DNA of 64,000 nucleotides, taken from the NCBI GenBank assembly GCA_963706325.1, contig CAVPLT010000001.1, forward strand, positions 64,001-128,000, given 5' to 3'. Shown here in pieces: positions 37,744 to 48,023 of the stretch; position 1 is the stretch's first letter; each line of letters starts with the position of its first letter. The translations under genes and the position numbers were made by a program. Origin of the DNA: an uncultured Nitrospiraceae bacterium (lineage in GTDB: Bacteria; Nitrospirota; Nitrospiria; Nitrospirales; Nitrospiraceae). The notes below the pieces were generated by a model that worked only from the letters and a program-made list of their open reading frames with translations, did not search any database and was not told the DNA's origin.

Positions 37744-39180
37744 GTGCAGCGCATCCGTGAGGGGCTCAAGACTAGGCTTCGCTCTCTCGTGACCCAGCGC
37801 ACCGGACTGGACGAAATGGCTGTCGATGACCTCGCGACATCGACGAAATTGCGCTCCTGGGAAGCCGTTCAAATTCCCGAGCGACTCCGTTTTTCTTCCA
37901 GGCTGGCCATTCTCTTGGTCGGGCTCTTCATGCTGATCGTCGCCTTCGTTCCCTGGACCCAAACCATCACGGTCACCGGCCAGCTTTCCGCCTATACACC
38001 GTTCGACCGACCGCAAGACATCGAAGCGCAAATCACCGGCCGTATCAAGAAGTGGCACATTTTCGAAGGCGTGCGGGTGAAAGCCGGCGACGTGATTCTC
38101 GAACTCGACGACTACGACCCGAATTTCATGGCGCCGGACCTGCTTGGATTGCTCGAACAGCGCAAGAAGGCGCTGGAAGACACCCGTAAGGCCGCGCTGA
38201 GTCGCGCCGACCAGCTGGATAAGCGTATTAAAGAAATGCAGAACCTCGTGAAGGCCGCAGTCCCGTCGGCAGGCGCTCGCGTGCAGGAAGCGGACAGTAA
38301 GATTCGAGAGGCCTATCAAAAAGTCGAGGTCGCAAAAATTTCGGTTGCGACGGCCGAGCTGAATGTCGATCGGCACAAACAACTTGTCGATCAAGGGCTC
38401 GTCTCGCAGCGTGAGTTGGAAGTCAGCATTCAACAGGCCATCGCTTCAAAGGCGGACCTGGGCGCCGCGCAAGCCAATTTGAAGGCTGCCGAACAGTCGA
38501 TGAAAGCGTCGAGCTTCGGACAGGCTCAGATCAGCGCTGAAGTCCTTCAACGCCTCCTCGAAGCGGAAGCCGCGCGGGACGCATCGATTGGAGAAGCGGC
38601 GCGAGCCTCGGATCAAGTGGCCGACGTCTCCTTGCGACTCTCGAACGCCAACCAACGCCGTGTGGCCGGCCGCATTCTGTCACCGATCGATGGAACCGTT
38701 GTGAAGATGGCCCAGGCCGGCGCGGGGGAAACCGTGCGGCCGGGGGATAAGCTGGTCAAAATTTCCCCGACCAGCATGGACAAGGCCATCGAAATGGTCG
38801 CCGACGGAATTGATGCACCGTTACTCAATGTCGGACGGAAGGTCAAGATTCTCTTCTATGGAATTCCAGCCATCCCATTGCCGGCATGGCCGGAAATGAT
38901 GGCCGGTACCTACAACGGTGTCATTAAAGTCGTCGACCAGGTGGACGATGGGAAAGGCAACTTCCGCTTTTGGGTTGTCCCTGACTTGGAAGAACGCCCA
39001 TGGCCTCCACAAGAACATGTACGCCAAGGCACCAAAACCATGGGGTGGGTCATCCTCAACCGTGTCCCGCTCTGGTATGAGCTGTGGCGCCGATTCAACC
39101 TCTTTCCACCGGATTACCAGGAACGGCCCCCGAGTTTGATCGATACACTCTTGCCGAAAGCCGGACGCGGGGCCAAATAA
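37744..39180 (+). CDS. HlyD-family membrane fusion protein
   Basis: TM helix, lipoyl-like halves (GRIKKWHIFEGVRVKAGD; SPIDGTVV), long coiled coil; RBS GGAGGGGG before GTG 37744. Confidence 0.88.
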   Translation: MQRIREGLKTRLRSLVTQRTGLDEMAVDDLATSTKLRSWEAVQIPERLRFSSRLAILLVGLFMLIVAFVPWTQTITVTGQLSAYTPFDRPQDIEAQITGRIKKWHIFEGVRVKAGDVILELDDYDPNFMAPDLLGLLEQRKKALEDTRKAALSRADQLDKRIKEMQNLVKAAVPSAGARVQEADSKIREAYQKVEVAKISVATAELNVDRHKQLVDQGLVSQRELEVSIQQAIASKADLGAAQANLKAAEQSMKASSFGQAQISAEVLQRLLEAEAARDASIGEAARASDQVADVSLRLSNANQRRVAGRILSPIDGTVVKMAQAGAGETVRPGDKLVKISPTSMDKAIEMVADGIDAPLLNVGRKVKILFYGIPAIPLPAWPEMMAGTYNGVIKVVDQVDDGKGNFRFWVVPDLEERPWPPQEHVRQGTKTMGWVILNRVPLWYELWRRFNLFPPDYQERPPSLIDTLLPKAGRGAK

Positions 39181-39266
39181 CGCATTTCCCCTTGTCCGGC
39201 ACTTAAGCCAGAGCGCCCCAGCCTTCGATTTCTACGCTCGACTGGACTCTGAAAGGAGTGCGCCTC

Positions 39267-40757
39267 ATGAAAAAAACCGCGTGGGTGTTGATGATCGCAA
39301 CCTGTGCACTCTGCTGGCTGCCGGGTGGTAGCGTGGCAGCAGACGACACCGTCAAATCCAGACCTCTTTTGCCGATTCCACTTTCATTGAATGAAGTCCT
39401 TGCATGGATTGATCGGTCGCATCCGCTGCTGAAAGGAGCCGGCACGGAAAAGGTTTCCGCCCGTGGGAAAATGCTCAAAGCCCTTGGCGCCTTCGAGCCT
39501 ATCCTGGTCAATGACACCGAGATCGAGCGATTTATCGATAAGGGCACGACCCACACGCAAAGCGGGGGATTCAACGATACTTTGATCGAAGCCCGCACCC
39601 CTTTCGGCTTTCGAGGCAGCGCGGGATTCCGCCAAGCGATCGGTGACGCGAAGATTCCCGACCTCTCCTTTGGAAACGGAAGTCAACAGGTCCTCCTCGG
39701 CGGGTTTCTGCCTCTGCTCAGAGGGCTCATGGTCAATCCTGAGAACGCCGAACTCCAACGCTCCGAGCTGGCTGATCCTCGTGCCGAGGTGAAGATCTCG
39801 CAAACCAGACAGGATTTATTTCTGGCCGCCGCGACCCAGTTCTGGGATTGGGTGTCTACGACCAAATTCGTGGATGTGCAACGACGAGCGGTCGGGGTCG
39901 CGGAGGAACGGCTGAGGCAAGTGGAGGGCAGAGCCAAAGCCGGAGCGGTCGCGCCGCTCGACGTGGTTGAAGCCAACCAGGAAGTCCAGCGACGGCGCGA
40001 AGTCGCCATTGCGGCCCAACGAGCCGTGGAGCAAGAGCAGTATAAAATGTCGATGTTCCTCTGGGAAAACCAGACGCCGACCGCGCCGCAATTCGACCGG
40101 GCACCGGATTTTCCTCCCCCGACTGCTGTCCCAACGGCGGAGATCGTCAAAGCGGACAAGCTGCAAGCCAAAACCGATCGCCCGGAAATTCGTGAAGTCG
40201 ATATCGAAGCCAAGGTGAACAATATCGATTTGGAATTGGCCAAGAACAATCTCCTGCCCAGTCTCGACTTGGAGGCGGCACCGGCGCGATCCCCAGAAAA
40301 ATTCGTCCTCGGGCTCGGCTACCGATTTGGAGTCGAATTGCGCGTGCCGCTTCTTCAGCGGAGGGGCCGGGGTGAAGTGCTGGAGGCCCAAGCACAGGCC
40401 GATCGGCTGGTCCTGGTTCAGAAGTACCGAGAGCAGCAAGTCGTCGTGGATGTCGACAATGCGCTCTCGGCGATCGAACGGGCAAAGGAGCGGGTCGCCG
40501 CCGCCTCGGAATCCCTCCGCATGGCCAGGACTCTTGAGGAGGGTGAGCGATTTCGTTTCAGCCTGGGTGCCACGAGCGTGCTATTTGTGAACCTGCGCGA
40601 ACGGAATTCCGTCGATTCGGAGATGCAGCTGTTTCGTGCGAAAGCAGACTACCAGAAAGCCCTGGCCCTCTATCAATGGGCGACCGGCACTTGGGCTCGA
40701 AGTCAGCCGTCTTCCGTACCGGTCAACTACCGGATTGGCGCAAGCTTCTCCAAATAG
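39267..40757 (+). CDS. TolC-family outer membrane factor
   Basis: Signal peptide, LSLNEVL..HPLL, LAKNNLLPSLDL, RFSLGATS; RBS AAGGAG. Confidence 0.88.
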   Translation: MKKTAWVLMIATCALCWLPGGSVAADDTVKSRPLLPIPLSLNEVLAWIDRSHPLLKGAGTEKVSARGKMLKALGAFEPILVNDTEIERFIDKGTTHTQSGGFNDTLIEARTPFGFRGSAGFRQAIGDAKIPDLSFGNGSQQVLLGGFLPLLRGLMVNPENAELQRSELADPRAEVKISQTRQDLFLAAATQFWDWVSTTKFVDVQRRAVGVAEERLRQVEGRAKAGAVAPLDVVEANQEVQRRREVAIAAQRAVEQEQYKMSMFLWENQTPTAPQFDRAPDFPPPTAVPTAEIVKADKLQAKTDRPEIREVDIEAKVNNIDLELAKNNLLPSLDLEAAPARSPEKFVLGLGYRFGVELRVPLLQRRGRGEVLEAQAQADRLVLVQKYREQQVVVDVDNALSAIERAKERVAAASESLRMARTLEEGERFRFSLGATSVLFVNLRERNSVDSEMQLFRAKADYQKALALYQWATGTWARSQPSSVPVNYRIGASFSK

Positions 40758-40870
40758 TGGCATTTTGCAGACCGCTCTGATAGGGTTTAACGTAACATGG
40801 AAGCCCTTGCAGGGGGCTTCCATCAACGACTTGAGACTCCTCTCGCCAAGTCCCGGCAGGGATAGCGCCA

Positions 40871-42538
40871 ATGGCCGAAGACCATTCCGATCAACAGGTC
40901 AATCTGTTTCAAACGGTGGTCGGCCATCTCGGGCTCCTGTTCCGCATGGAACGGCGGATCCTCGGGCTCATTTTTTCCTACTCGATCGCCATCGGCCTGT
41001 TTGCGCTCATTGTTCCCCTCACCGTCCAGGAACTCGTCAACACCTTTGCGTTTGCACTCCAACCCATCACCATCGTCACCCTCGCAGTGGTCATGGTGGC
41101 AGCCCTCTTATTCGTCGGAGCCTTCCGGGCGTTGCAATATTACGCCGTGGAGGTGCTCGAACGCCGCATTTTTGCCCGTGTCGCCATTGCCATGGCCCAA
41201 CAACTCCCCCATTTGCGCTACCAGGGGTTCAAGCCCCGTTACGCGAACATCTTCATCGAAACCATCCTGATGCAACGGGCGGTGTCGGTGCTGCTGGTCG
41301 ACCTGATCAACGTTATTGTGGGCGGCGCAGTGGGCATGACCATTCTGGTGTTCTACCACCCCTATTTCCTGCTGTATAACGCCATCTTGCTCGTAGGCTT
41401 CAACGTGGTCTTTTTCCTGATGAGTCATGGCGGCCTCAAGGCCGACATGGATCTCTCCCATGCCAAATACGACACGTTGCACTGGTTTCAAGAAATTGCT
41501 TACAACCTGCTGCACTTCAAATCGACCGACAGCCAGACGCTCCTGATCAACAAGACAGATCAGCTGTTGGATACGTACATGAGCGTGCGCAGAACACGGT
41601 TCGGAGTGCTGATCCGACAGTATCTGGGATCCTTGGGATGGCAAGCCATTGCGCACAGCGGGATGATCGCGACCGCCGGCTGGCTGCTTGGGATCGGACA
41701 ATTGACACTCGGACAATTTGTCGCCGCTGAAGTGGTGCTCAGCGGGATTTTATCGAGCTTCGACGGCGTGGTGAAGCGGATGGGACATATCTACTATTTC
41801 CTGACTGCATTGACTGAACTGAATTTTTTGTTCTCGCTACCCAAAGACCAGGATACCGCGACCCTTTCCATTCCGCTTCCCGACCCCACGGTCCACGGCA
41901 TTCGAGTCACCTGTAAGGATTTGACGTTCGCCATCCCCGGCGGGCCGGCCGTATTCGAGCATTTCAATCTGGAGGTCACACCCGGAGAAAAAGTCGGTAT
42001 TTTTGCAGAGACCACAAAGGCCAAAACCGTGCTGGCCCGGGTACTGGGCGGCTTAGACTCTCCTACCTCTGGTGTCATCCGGTATAACGGTGTCGACCTT
42101 CGACATCTCAACCTCGATTCCGTCAATCGGTTCAGAGGGTTCATTCTGGATTCACAGCTGTCGCTCTTCGAAGGAACCCTGGAAGAAAACATCGTGCTGG
42201 GGCGGGACTACATCCCCTACAGCGACGTACGCTGGGCGCTCCGTTTTACCGAGCTTGAAGAGGAGGTCGATGCGCTGCCCCACGGCCTTAAAACTCACAT
42301 CCGGAACACCGGCAAGATTTTCGCGCCGACCCACATCGTGCGCATTCTAGTCGCGCGGGCTATTCTGGGACGGCCGCAACTCCTCATTTTCGAGGGCATT
42401 CTTCACAATATTCCCCCGGCGATGCGTGAAACGATTCTCAGGCGCCTCTGCAGCAAGGAGGAACCGTGGTCTGTGATCTTTGTTTCCAATGATCCCAATC
42501 TGACCGCACATGTCGACCGACGCATCATGCTGAACTAG
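40871..42538 (+). CDS. ABC exporter-like TMD+NBD subunit 1 with degenerate NBD
   Basis: T1SS-like TMD (GQLTLGQFVAAE), LFEGTLEENI. Walker A AETTKAKT, signature FAPTH, Walker B LLIFEG, H-loop VSND. Confidence 0.85.
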   Translation: MAEDHSDQQVNLFQTVVGHLGLLFRMERRILGLIFSYSIAIGLFALIVPLTVQELVNTFAFALQPITIVTLAVVMVAALLFVGAFRALQYYAVEVLERRIFARVAIAMAQQLPHLRYQGFKPRYANIFIETILMQRAVSVLLVDLINVIVGGAVGMTILVFYHPYFLLYNAILLVGFNVVFFLMSHGGLKADMDLSHAKYDTLHWFQEIAYNLLHFKSTDSQTLLINKTDQLLDTYMSVRRTRFGVLIRQYLGSLGWQAIAHSGMIATAGWLLGIGQLTLGQFVAAEVVLSGILSSFDGVVKRMGHIYYFLTALTELNFLFSLPKDQDTATLSIPLPDPTVHGIRVTCKDLTFAIPGGPAVFEHFNLEVTPGEKVGIFAETTKAKTVLARVLGGLDSPTSGVIRYNGVDLRHLNLDSVNRFRGFILDSQLSLFEGTLEENIVLGRDYIPYSDVRWALRFTELEEEVDALPHGLKTHIRNTGKIFAPTHIVRILVARAILGRPQLLIFEGILHNIPPAMRETILRRLCSKEEPWSVIFVSNDPNLTAHVDRRIMLN

Positions 42539-42733
42539 CAGAACACGTCCGGCATCTTCGGTCTCCCGCTAAGCCTGGCCTTATGTCGTTCTGATCTCAA
42601 CTCTGACTCCCTGCTTCCAGTCCGATCAGATCTCTTTTCCCATCGAAGTCAAAAGCCGGGCGAGCCGCGATCTTGACAGACATCACGCAATTGCTCAGAC
42701 TGCGCTCCTCAGGAAGCCGACACGAGCACTCGG

Positions 42734-44410
42734 GTGAATCACCAGACAACTGACCCAATCCTTTCCACCCCTTCTGCCTGGACGATCCTTGCACGCCTGA
42801 ATTTTATCTTAGGGCTCGAACATCGCATTCTCGCCATCGTGGTTTCCTACGCCGTAGTCATCGGACTATTTGCGCTCATCGTTCCGCTGACCGTGCAGGA
42901 GCTGGTCAACACCTTCGCTTTTGCCATCCAACCAATCATGATTATGACGCTGGCTGCGATCATGCTCGGAGCACTGCTCTTTATGGGGGCCTTCCGTGTT
43001 CTTCAGGCACGCGCCGTCGAGATCTTAGTCCAGCGACTCTATACACGGCTCGCTGTTGCCTTTACCGAAGCCCTGCCGCAATTCCGTGAGAACGTTTTTC
43101 TCCCTCAACACACCAATACCTTCATTGAGGCAGAACTACTCCCGCGTGCCCTAGTCGCCATGCTCGTAGACATCGTCAATGTGTCGGTTTCGGGCATGAT
43201 CGGCATGACGATCTTGGTCATGTACCATCCCTATTTTCTCGGCTACAACACCTTGCTCTTCGCGAGCTTTGTCTTTCTCCTCACCTTCTTCGGTCGCGGG
43301 GGACTTCGCATCACACAGCGTGTCTCCCGGTTGCACTACAAGACCTTTCACTGGCTGCAAGACATCGGCATCAACCGGCTCCATTTCAAATCCACCGACA
43401 GCTTGCCGCTGCTGCTCAAAAAAACCGATGCCCTCGTGCAGGACTATGTCATGGCCCGGAAGACCCGATCCGACATTCTAAGCGGCGCGCAGTACAAGAG
43501 TGCGGTCATCTTTCAAGCCTTCGCGCACAGCGGCATGATCGGACTGGGTGGTTGGTTGCTGTCGGTCGGCGACATCACACTCGGGCAATTCGTCGCCGCG
43601 GAAGTGATTGTCGGAACCCTGTTGCTCAATCTCGACACCGTGGCTCGCCGCATGTATGCCGCCCTCTATGTCCTTACGTCACTCGATGAATTGTCGCAAC
43701 TCTTCGCGCTCCCGAAGGAGGAGGTTTCGAGTCCTCTCGCCGCGTCTCTTCCCGATCCATCGCTGCACGGCGTGCGTCTCACTTGTAGGGACGTCATGTA
43801 TGACGCGCCGGACGGAGCGAGAATCTTCGAGCATTTCAATCTGGAAATCATGCCCGGCGAAAAAATCAGCGTCATATCTGAGAACAGCATGAGCAAAACA
43901 GCACTGGCACTCATTTTAGCCGGGCTCTACCATCCCACCGGCGGCGTGATCAGGTACAACGATGTCGACTTGCGTGACGTCTCGCTGAATTATGTCAACC
44001 AATGCCGGGGCTTGATGCTGGATTCCCATCCCACCTTATTCGATGGCACGTTGGAAGAAAACATCACGTTGCAGCGGCCTTCGATCCAATTTGACGATTT
44101 GAACTGGGCGCTCCGATTCGTGGAACTGGAAGAAGAGGTCGACGCGCTTCCCCAAGGCTTAGAAGCGCCGGTCGAAGGGAACGGGGCCAACTTCACCCGC
44201 AGTCAAATCCTACGCATCCTCCTCGCGAGGATGATCGTCACCCGACCGCAATTGCTGGTCTTTAATGGCAGCCTTCACAATATCGAGCCGGGCCTTCGGC
44301 TGACCTTGCTCCGTCGCCTGTGCTCAAAAGAAGAAGCCTGGTCGCTGGTGTTCGTCTCCAACGATCCCGAGATCGCGCAGTTGGTTGAACGACGCGTCAT
44401 ACTCGGCTGA
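42734..44410 (+). CDS. ABC exporter-like TMD+NBD subunit 2 (paralog) with degenerate NBD
   Basis: Paralogous to 40871-42538 along its length. Walker A SENSMSKT, signature FTRSQ, Walker B LLVFNG, H-loop VSND. Possible own promoter TTGACA-N17-CAGACT at 42673-42701. Confidence 0.85.
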   Translation: MNHQTTDPILSTPSAWTILARLNFILGLEHRILAIVVSYAVVIGLFALIVPLTVQELVNTFAFAIQPIMIMTLAAIMLGALLFMGAFRVLQARAVEILVQRLYTRLAVAFTEALPQFRENVFLPQHTNTFIEAELLPRALVAMLVDIVNVSVSGMIGMTILVMYHPYFLGYNTLLFASFVFLLTFFGRGGLRITQRVSRLHYKTFHWLQDIGINRLHFKSTDSLPLLLKKTDALVQDYVMARKTRSDILSGAQYKSAVIFQAFAHSGMIGLGGWLLSVGDITLGQFVAAEVIVGTLLLNLDTVARRMYAALYVLTSLDELSQLFALPKEEVSSPLAASLPDPSLHGVRLTCRDVMYDAPDGARIFEHFNLEIMPGEKISVISENSMSKTALALILAGLYHPTGGVIRYNDVDLRDVSLNYVNQCRGLMLDSHPTLFDGTLEENITLQRPSIQFDDLNWALRFVELEEEVDALPQGLEAPVEGNGANFTRSQILRILLARMIVTRPQLLVFNGSLHNIEPGLRLTLLRRLCSKEEAWSLVFVSNDPEIAQLVERRVILG

Positions 44411-44527
44411 TGCCGGGTTCCCGGCTCATAACGACTCGCGACTTCTTTCTTCCGGCCTGATCTGGTAGACTGGCATCCGTAAAAGGGCGTGCCCCGCACG
44501 AGTCTTCGTCCCGACGAAAGGGCCCTT

Positions 44528-45310
44528 GTGTCACTGATCTCACGCCTGAAGTTGTCCGTTCCCACCACCAATCAATTACTCATCAGCCTCCTGATCGCCG
44601 GTCTGGGATGGATCAGTGGTCAGGCGCTCAGCCGGATCGACCAGGATCTGCGCATTATGTATACCGAATACACATTGGGCGCCGCCGACCTCGCTCACAT
44701 TTCGGCCGACGTCATGCGCTATCGCAATACGATTATCCGGTCGTTGGAAGCAGAGAACCAAAAAACATTCGAACGGATTACCGAGTCTTTGCCGACACAA
44801 CGGGCGCGGATTCAACATGCTGTTGATCGGTATGCCGCCGCCGGTCTGCGGGTGTCCAGAAGCGGCAGAAGCGAAGAGAAGGATATTCAGGCGGTCCGTG
44901 ACAGCCTGGATCAGTATTTCTCTGTGGCGAGCAAGACAACAGATCTGCTCGCTCAGGAATGGCTCGCCGGGACGGCCGCGGAAGCCATGGAACTACGGCG
45001 AAAAGCTGAGATTCATGCCGCCGACAATGGGGGTCCGAAAGTGATGCAGGTCAGTCTTGCCCTAGACCGACTGCTGGAGACGGTCTCAGAAGTGGCCAAA
45101 GACATGCGTGATGCGGGTACGAAAACAATCCGCGATACGAGCTATTGGATCGTCGGCGGCAGTTTCTTCATCGCGCTCCTGAATCTGTTTTTGACTCGCA
45201 CCTCGCGCCTGCCACCGGGTCGATCCTTAAGACCTGCCGAAGCCGACGGGATTGGCTCATCATTGCGCGTGCCACACGATGAACCGAATCCTGCGCTGCG
45301 CGCCGACTGA
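44528..45310 (+). CDS. Membrane protein with MCP-type four-helix-bundle periplasmic domain and no cytoplasmic output domain
   Basis: TM1, LSRIDQDLRIMYTEYTLGAADL (4HB_MCP-like), helical body, TM2, short Pro-rich tail. Confidence 0.7.
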   Translation: MSLISRLKLSVPTTNQLLISLLIAGLGWISGQALSRIDQDLRIMYTEYTLGAADLAHISADVMRYRNTIIRSLEAENQKTFERITESLPTQRARIQHAVDRYAAAGLRVSRSGRSEEKDIQAVRDSLDQYFSVASKTTDLLAQEWLAGTAAEAMELRRKAEIHAADNGGPKVMQVSLALDRLLETVSEVAKDMRDAGTKTIRDTSYWIVGGSFFIALLNLFLTRTSRLPPGRSLRPAEADGIGSSLRVPHDEPNPALRAD

Positions 45311-46042
45311 TCAACCCCCTGGCCCGTCGTTCCTATCTGATGGCTCATCCAGCCTACCGAGCGCCCGGAAGAGCCCGTCTCGCTCGTCAGGCGAGAGGTC
45401 CGTCCACTGGCCCGCATGCAATCCTTCAAGAGTGATGTGCATGATGCGCACACGATGCAACGAAACCACCCGATAGCCGAGCATCTGACACATGCGTCTG
45501 ATTTGGCGGTTCCGACCTTCCGTAAGGATGATGCGAAAGCGCCTGGGGCTGAGGCGTGCCACCGTACAGGGTCTAGTGGTGACACCCGAAATCACCACAC
45601 CGCGCGACATGCGTCCCAGAAACACCTCGTCGAACTCCCGCTCCACTTCCACACGATACTCCCGTTCATGCCCATGTTCGACGCGCAAGATGTCATTGAC
45701 GATATCGCCGTCGTTCGTCAGAAGAATGAGGCCTGATGAATCCTTGTCGAGTCGCCCAATCGGAAAAATTCTGGCGGCATGGCCGATTTCAGCGATGATA
45801 TTCCGCCGCACGTGCAATTCCGTAGTCGTCGTCACTCCGACGGGCTTGTGATATTTGATGTAGACCGGACGATTGCCGCGTTGGAGGACAGCGCCATCTC
45901 GCGCGACGAGATCCTCGGTCGAGACTTGATCCCCGAGCTTCGCCACCCGGCCGTTGATCGTGACCCGCCCGTCGGCAACCAGCCGATCTGCTTCTCTTCT
46001 TGAACAGAGACCTTGTTCCGTAAAAAATTTATTGATGCGCAT
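45311..46042 (-). CDS. rluF: 23S rRNA pseudouridine synthase (RluF/RsuA family)
   Basis: S4 domain MRINKF..CSRREAD, GRLDKDSSGL, LTEGRNRQIRRM. Confidence 0.85.
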   Translation of the reverse strand: MRINKFFTEQGLCSRREADRLVADGRVTINGRVAKLGDQVSTEDLVARDGAVLQRGNRPVYIKYHKPVGVTTTTELHVRRNIIAEIGHAARIFPIGRLDKDSSGLILLTNDGDIVNDILRVEHGHEREYRVEVEREFDEVFLGRMSRGVVISGVTTRPCTVARLSPRRFRIILTEGRNRQIRRMCQMLGYRVVSLHRVRIMHITLEGLHAGQWTDLSPDERDGLFRALGRLDEPSDRNDGPGG

Positions 46043-46333
46043 GCTGATCAAGAGGGCGGACAGGCGCGCCATTCATCGTGAAGCGTAGGCTGCCACACCG
46101 ATAGTGGAAGCATATCCAGAGATCGAAATCTCAGTGTGAGACTTTATTCGCATCCTCTCAGCCCACACTATTTGCGACGGTTCGTGAAGAAGCCGCGAGG
46201 ACGCGTCCCGAGACGAACCTTCGCAGCCGAGAGCATTTCGGCATCCTTGAATAATGTATTGCCTGACTGACTGGCAAGACCGTCAGCCTGGATGCAGGCT
46301 TGTCGCCTCAACAGCGTTCATGAATGATGAGGG

Positions 46334-47266
46334 TTAATGGACGCGTCGACCGGCACGAATCCGTCCGAGGATGCGATAGATCAGCCGAGCAATGCTGAAC
46401 TGGGGAGCGACGAACCCTTCGATAGGCGCAATCTCGCTGATGTCCATGCCCACAATACCAGGACCGTTCGCCAAGGCGGTCACGAGCGCGAGGGTATCGT
46501 ACCAGCCCAATCCGCCCGGTTCAGGCGTTCCCAATGCCGGGACGAGCGACGCATCAAGACCGTCACAATCAAATGTCAGATAGACCGGCCCCGTGCAGGC
46601 GGCGAGGACATCGGGAATCCATCGAGCGGCGCGCCCCTCATAGGGGCCGGACGGATCCAAAATCGAGGCGGCAAAAAACGTCTTGATCCGCGGCGTCTTT
46701 TCGATCAGCTCAATTTCTTCCGGGCTGATCGAACGAACACCGACCTGTACCAACGCCAGACCGTCCTGAACCACACGCGCCATCACACTGGCATGGCTGT
46801 ACGGATTGCCTTGGTAGGCGTGGCGCAGATCGCCATGGGCGTCGATTTGGAGAACACACATCGTGGGGTAGGTTGTAGCATGCGCGCGAATCGCGCCCAG
46901 CGCGCCGGTATGCTCACCCGTGAGAGTAACCAGAAACTTTCCCAACCCGACATGCGGTTGCACGAAGTCTTGAATAGACTGTACGGCCTGTCCATCGACT
47001 CGACCATCCAGGTCCAATGTCGCAGCGGTCGCCACACCACCCCACTCACGATAGGGTTCGTATCGCAACGTTTCATCGTACAACTCAACTTGCTGGGATG
47101 CTTCGATGATGGCGGAGGGGCCGCGATCAGAGCCGAGGACATAACTCGACGTATGCTCGTAGGGAGCCGGCAGTACATAGACCCCGGCTTGATCGGGGTG
47201 GCACCAGGGCTCGTCGATCCCGAGAAAGTTGTCCTGTTGCCCAAGCCATCCAGCCGGGAGCGCCAT
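46334..47266 (-). CDS. speB: Agmatinase (ureohydrolase)
   Basis: GEHT, DAHGDL, SHAS, FDCDGLD, GTPEPGG; ATG 47266. Confidence 0.9.
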   Translation of the reverse strand: MALPAGWLGQQDNFLGIDEPWCHPDQAGVYVLPAPYEHTSSYVLGSDRGPSAIIEASQQVELYDETLRYEPYREWGGVATAATLDLDGRVDGQAVQSIQDFVQPHVGLGKFLVTLTGEHTGALGAIRAHATTYPTMCVLQIDAHGDLRHAYQGNPYSHASVMARVVQDGLALVQVGVRSISPEEIELIEKTPRIKTFFAASILDPSGPYEGRAARWIPDVLAACTGPVYLTFDCDGLDASLVPALGTPEPGGLGWYDTLALVTALANGPGIVGMDISEIAPIEGFVAPQFSIARLIYRILGRIRAGRRVH

Positions 47267-47279
47267 AACCGCCTGCCCT

Positions 47280-47855
47280 TTAGGCCTCGTTCCGGAGACT
47301 CTTGGGAATGTTCTCGATGGGAATAAACACCGCCAGCGCAATGACGCAGGTCCAGCGATGAGGCCGGCCGACCGCAGACTGCGTGATGTTCAGCGTGCGC
47401 ACGATCTTCCCACCCATCTTGAACACCTGCTCGCGCTCTTTCCAGGCCACGTCAGGATCGAATTCAATCCCTTGCGTGGTGGCGAGCATCTGAGCCGCCA
47501 AGTCTTCGGTGTACTCGCCAGACTCCTCGTCGGTTTCTCCGTAGGCATGATGCTCAGACAGATACCCGTAGGTATCGCGGTCGGTGGGAATGGCCAAGCC
47601 GATCGATGCGGAGATGAGGCGATTACGCTCATTGGTCTCCGACCTCGCCATGACGCAGAACGTGATTTCCCCGGGATTCAGAAGTTTCTCGCCCCGCTTC
47701 CTGGGAAGGATTTTGCAATTGGGGGGAAGAATCGAGGACACGCTGACGAGGTTGCAATATGCCACGCCGGCGCTACGCAAGGCCTGCTCGAACGCGGCCA
47801 ACTTTTCCTTGTGCACCCCGACGCCCCTCGTCAAAAACATGTGTGTTGGTACCAT
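47280..47855 (-). CDS. pdaD: Pyruvoyl-dependent arginine decarboxylase
   Basis: [21 protein letters not shown] self-cleavage site, GYLSEHH; RBS GAGAGG. Confidence 0.9.
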   Translation of the reverse strand: MVPTHMFLTRGVGVHKEKLAAFEQALRSAGVAYCNLVSVSSILPPNCKILPRKRGEKLLNPGEITFCVMARSETNERNRLISASIGLAIPTDRDTYGYLSEHHAYGETDEESGEYTEDLAAQMLATTQGIEFDPDVAWKEREQVFKMGGKIVRTLNITQSAVGRPHRWTCVIALAVFIPIENIPKSLRNEA

Positions 47856-48023
47856 GTACGTTTCCTCTCCATCCCTCGTCGAAATCACTCCAACATGAGT
47901 GTTCGAATGATTGTGACAGACCTTGCCCAGCGCGCTTCATCGCGGGGCAATACGCGCGGAAGTTGTATCAAGTTTGCGGGGCATCCGCAATATGGCCGCG
48001 CGGTTTTTTTCCCCTCGTCCCCG

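Noticed and set aside
46073..46333. Short hairpins between speB and rluF
   Set aside because: Stems are short and lack U-tracts; indistinguishable from chance in GC-rich DNA.
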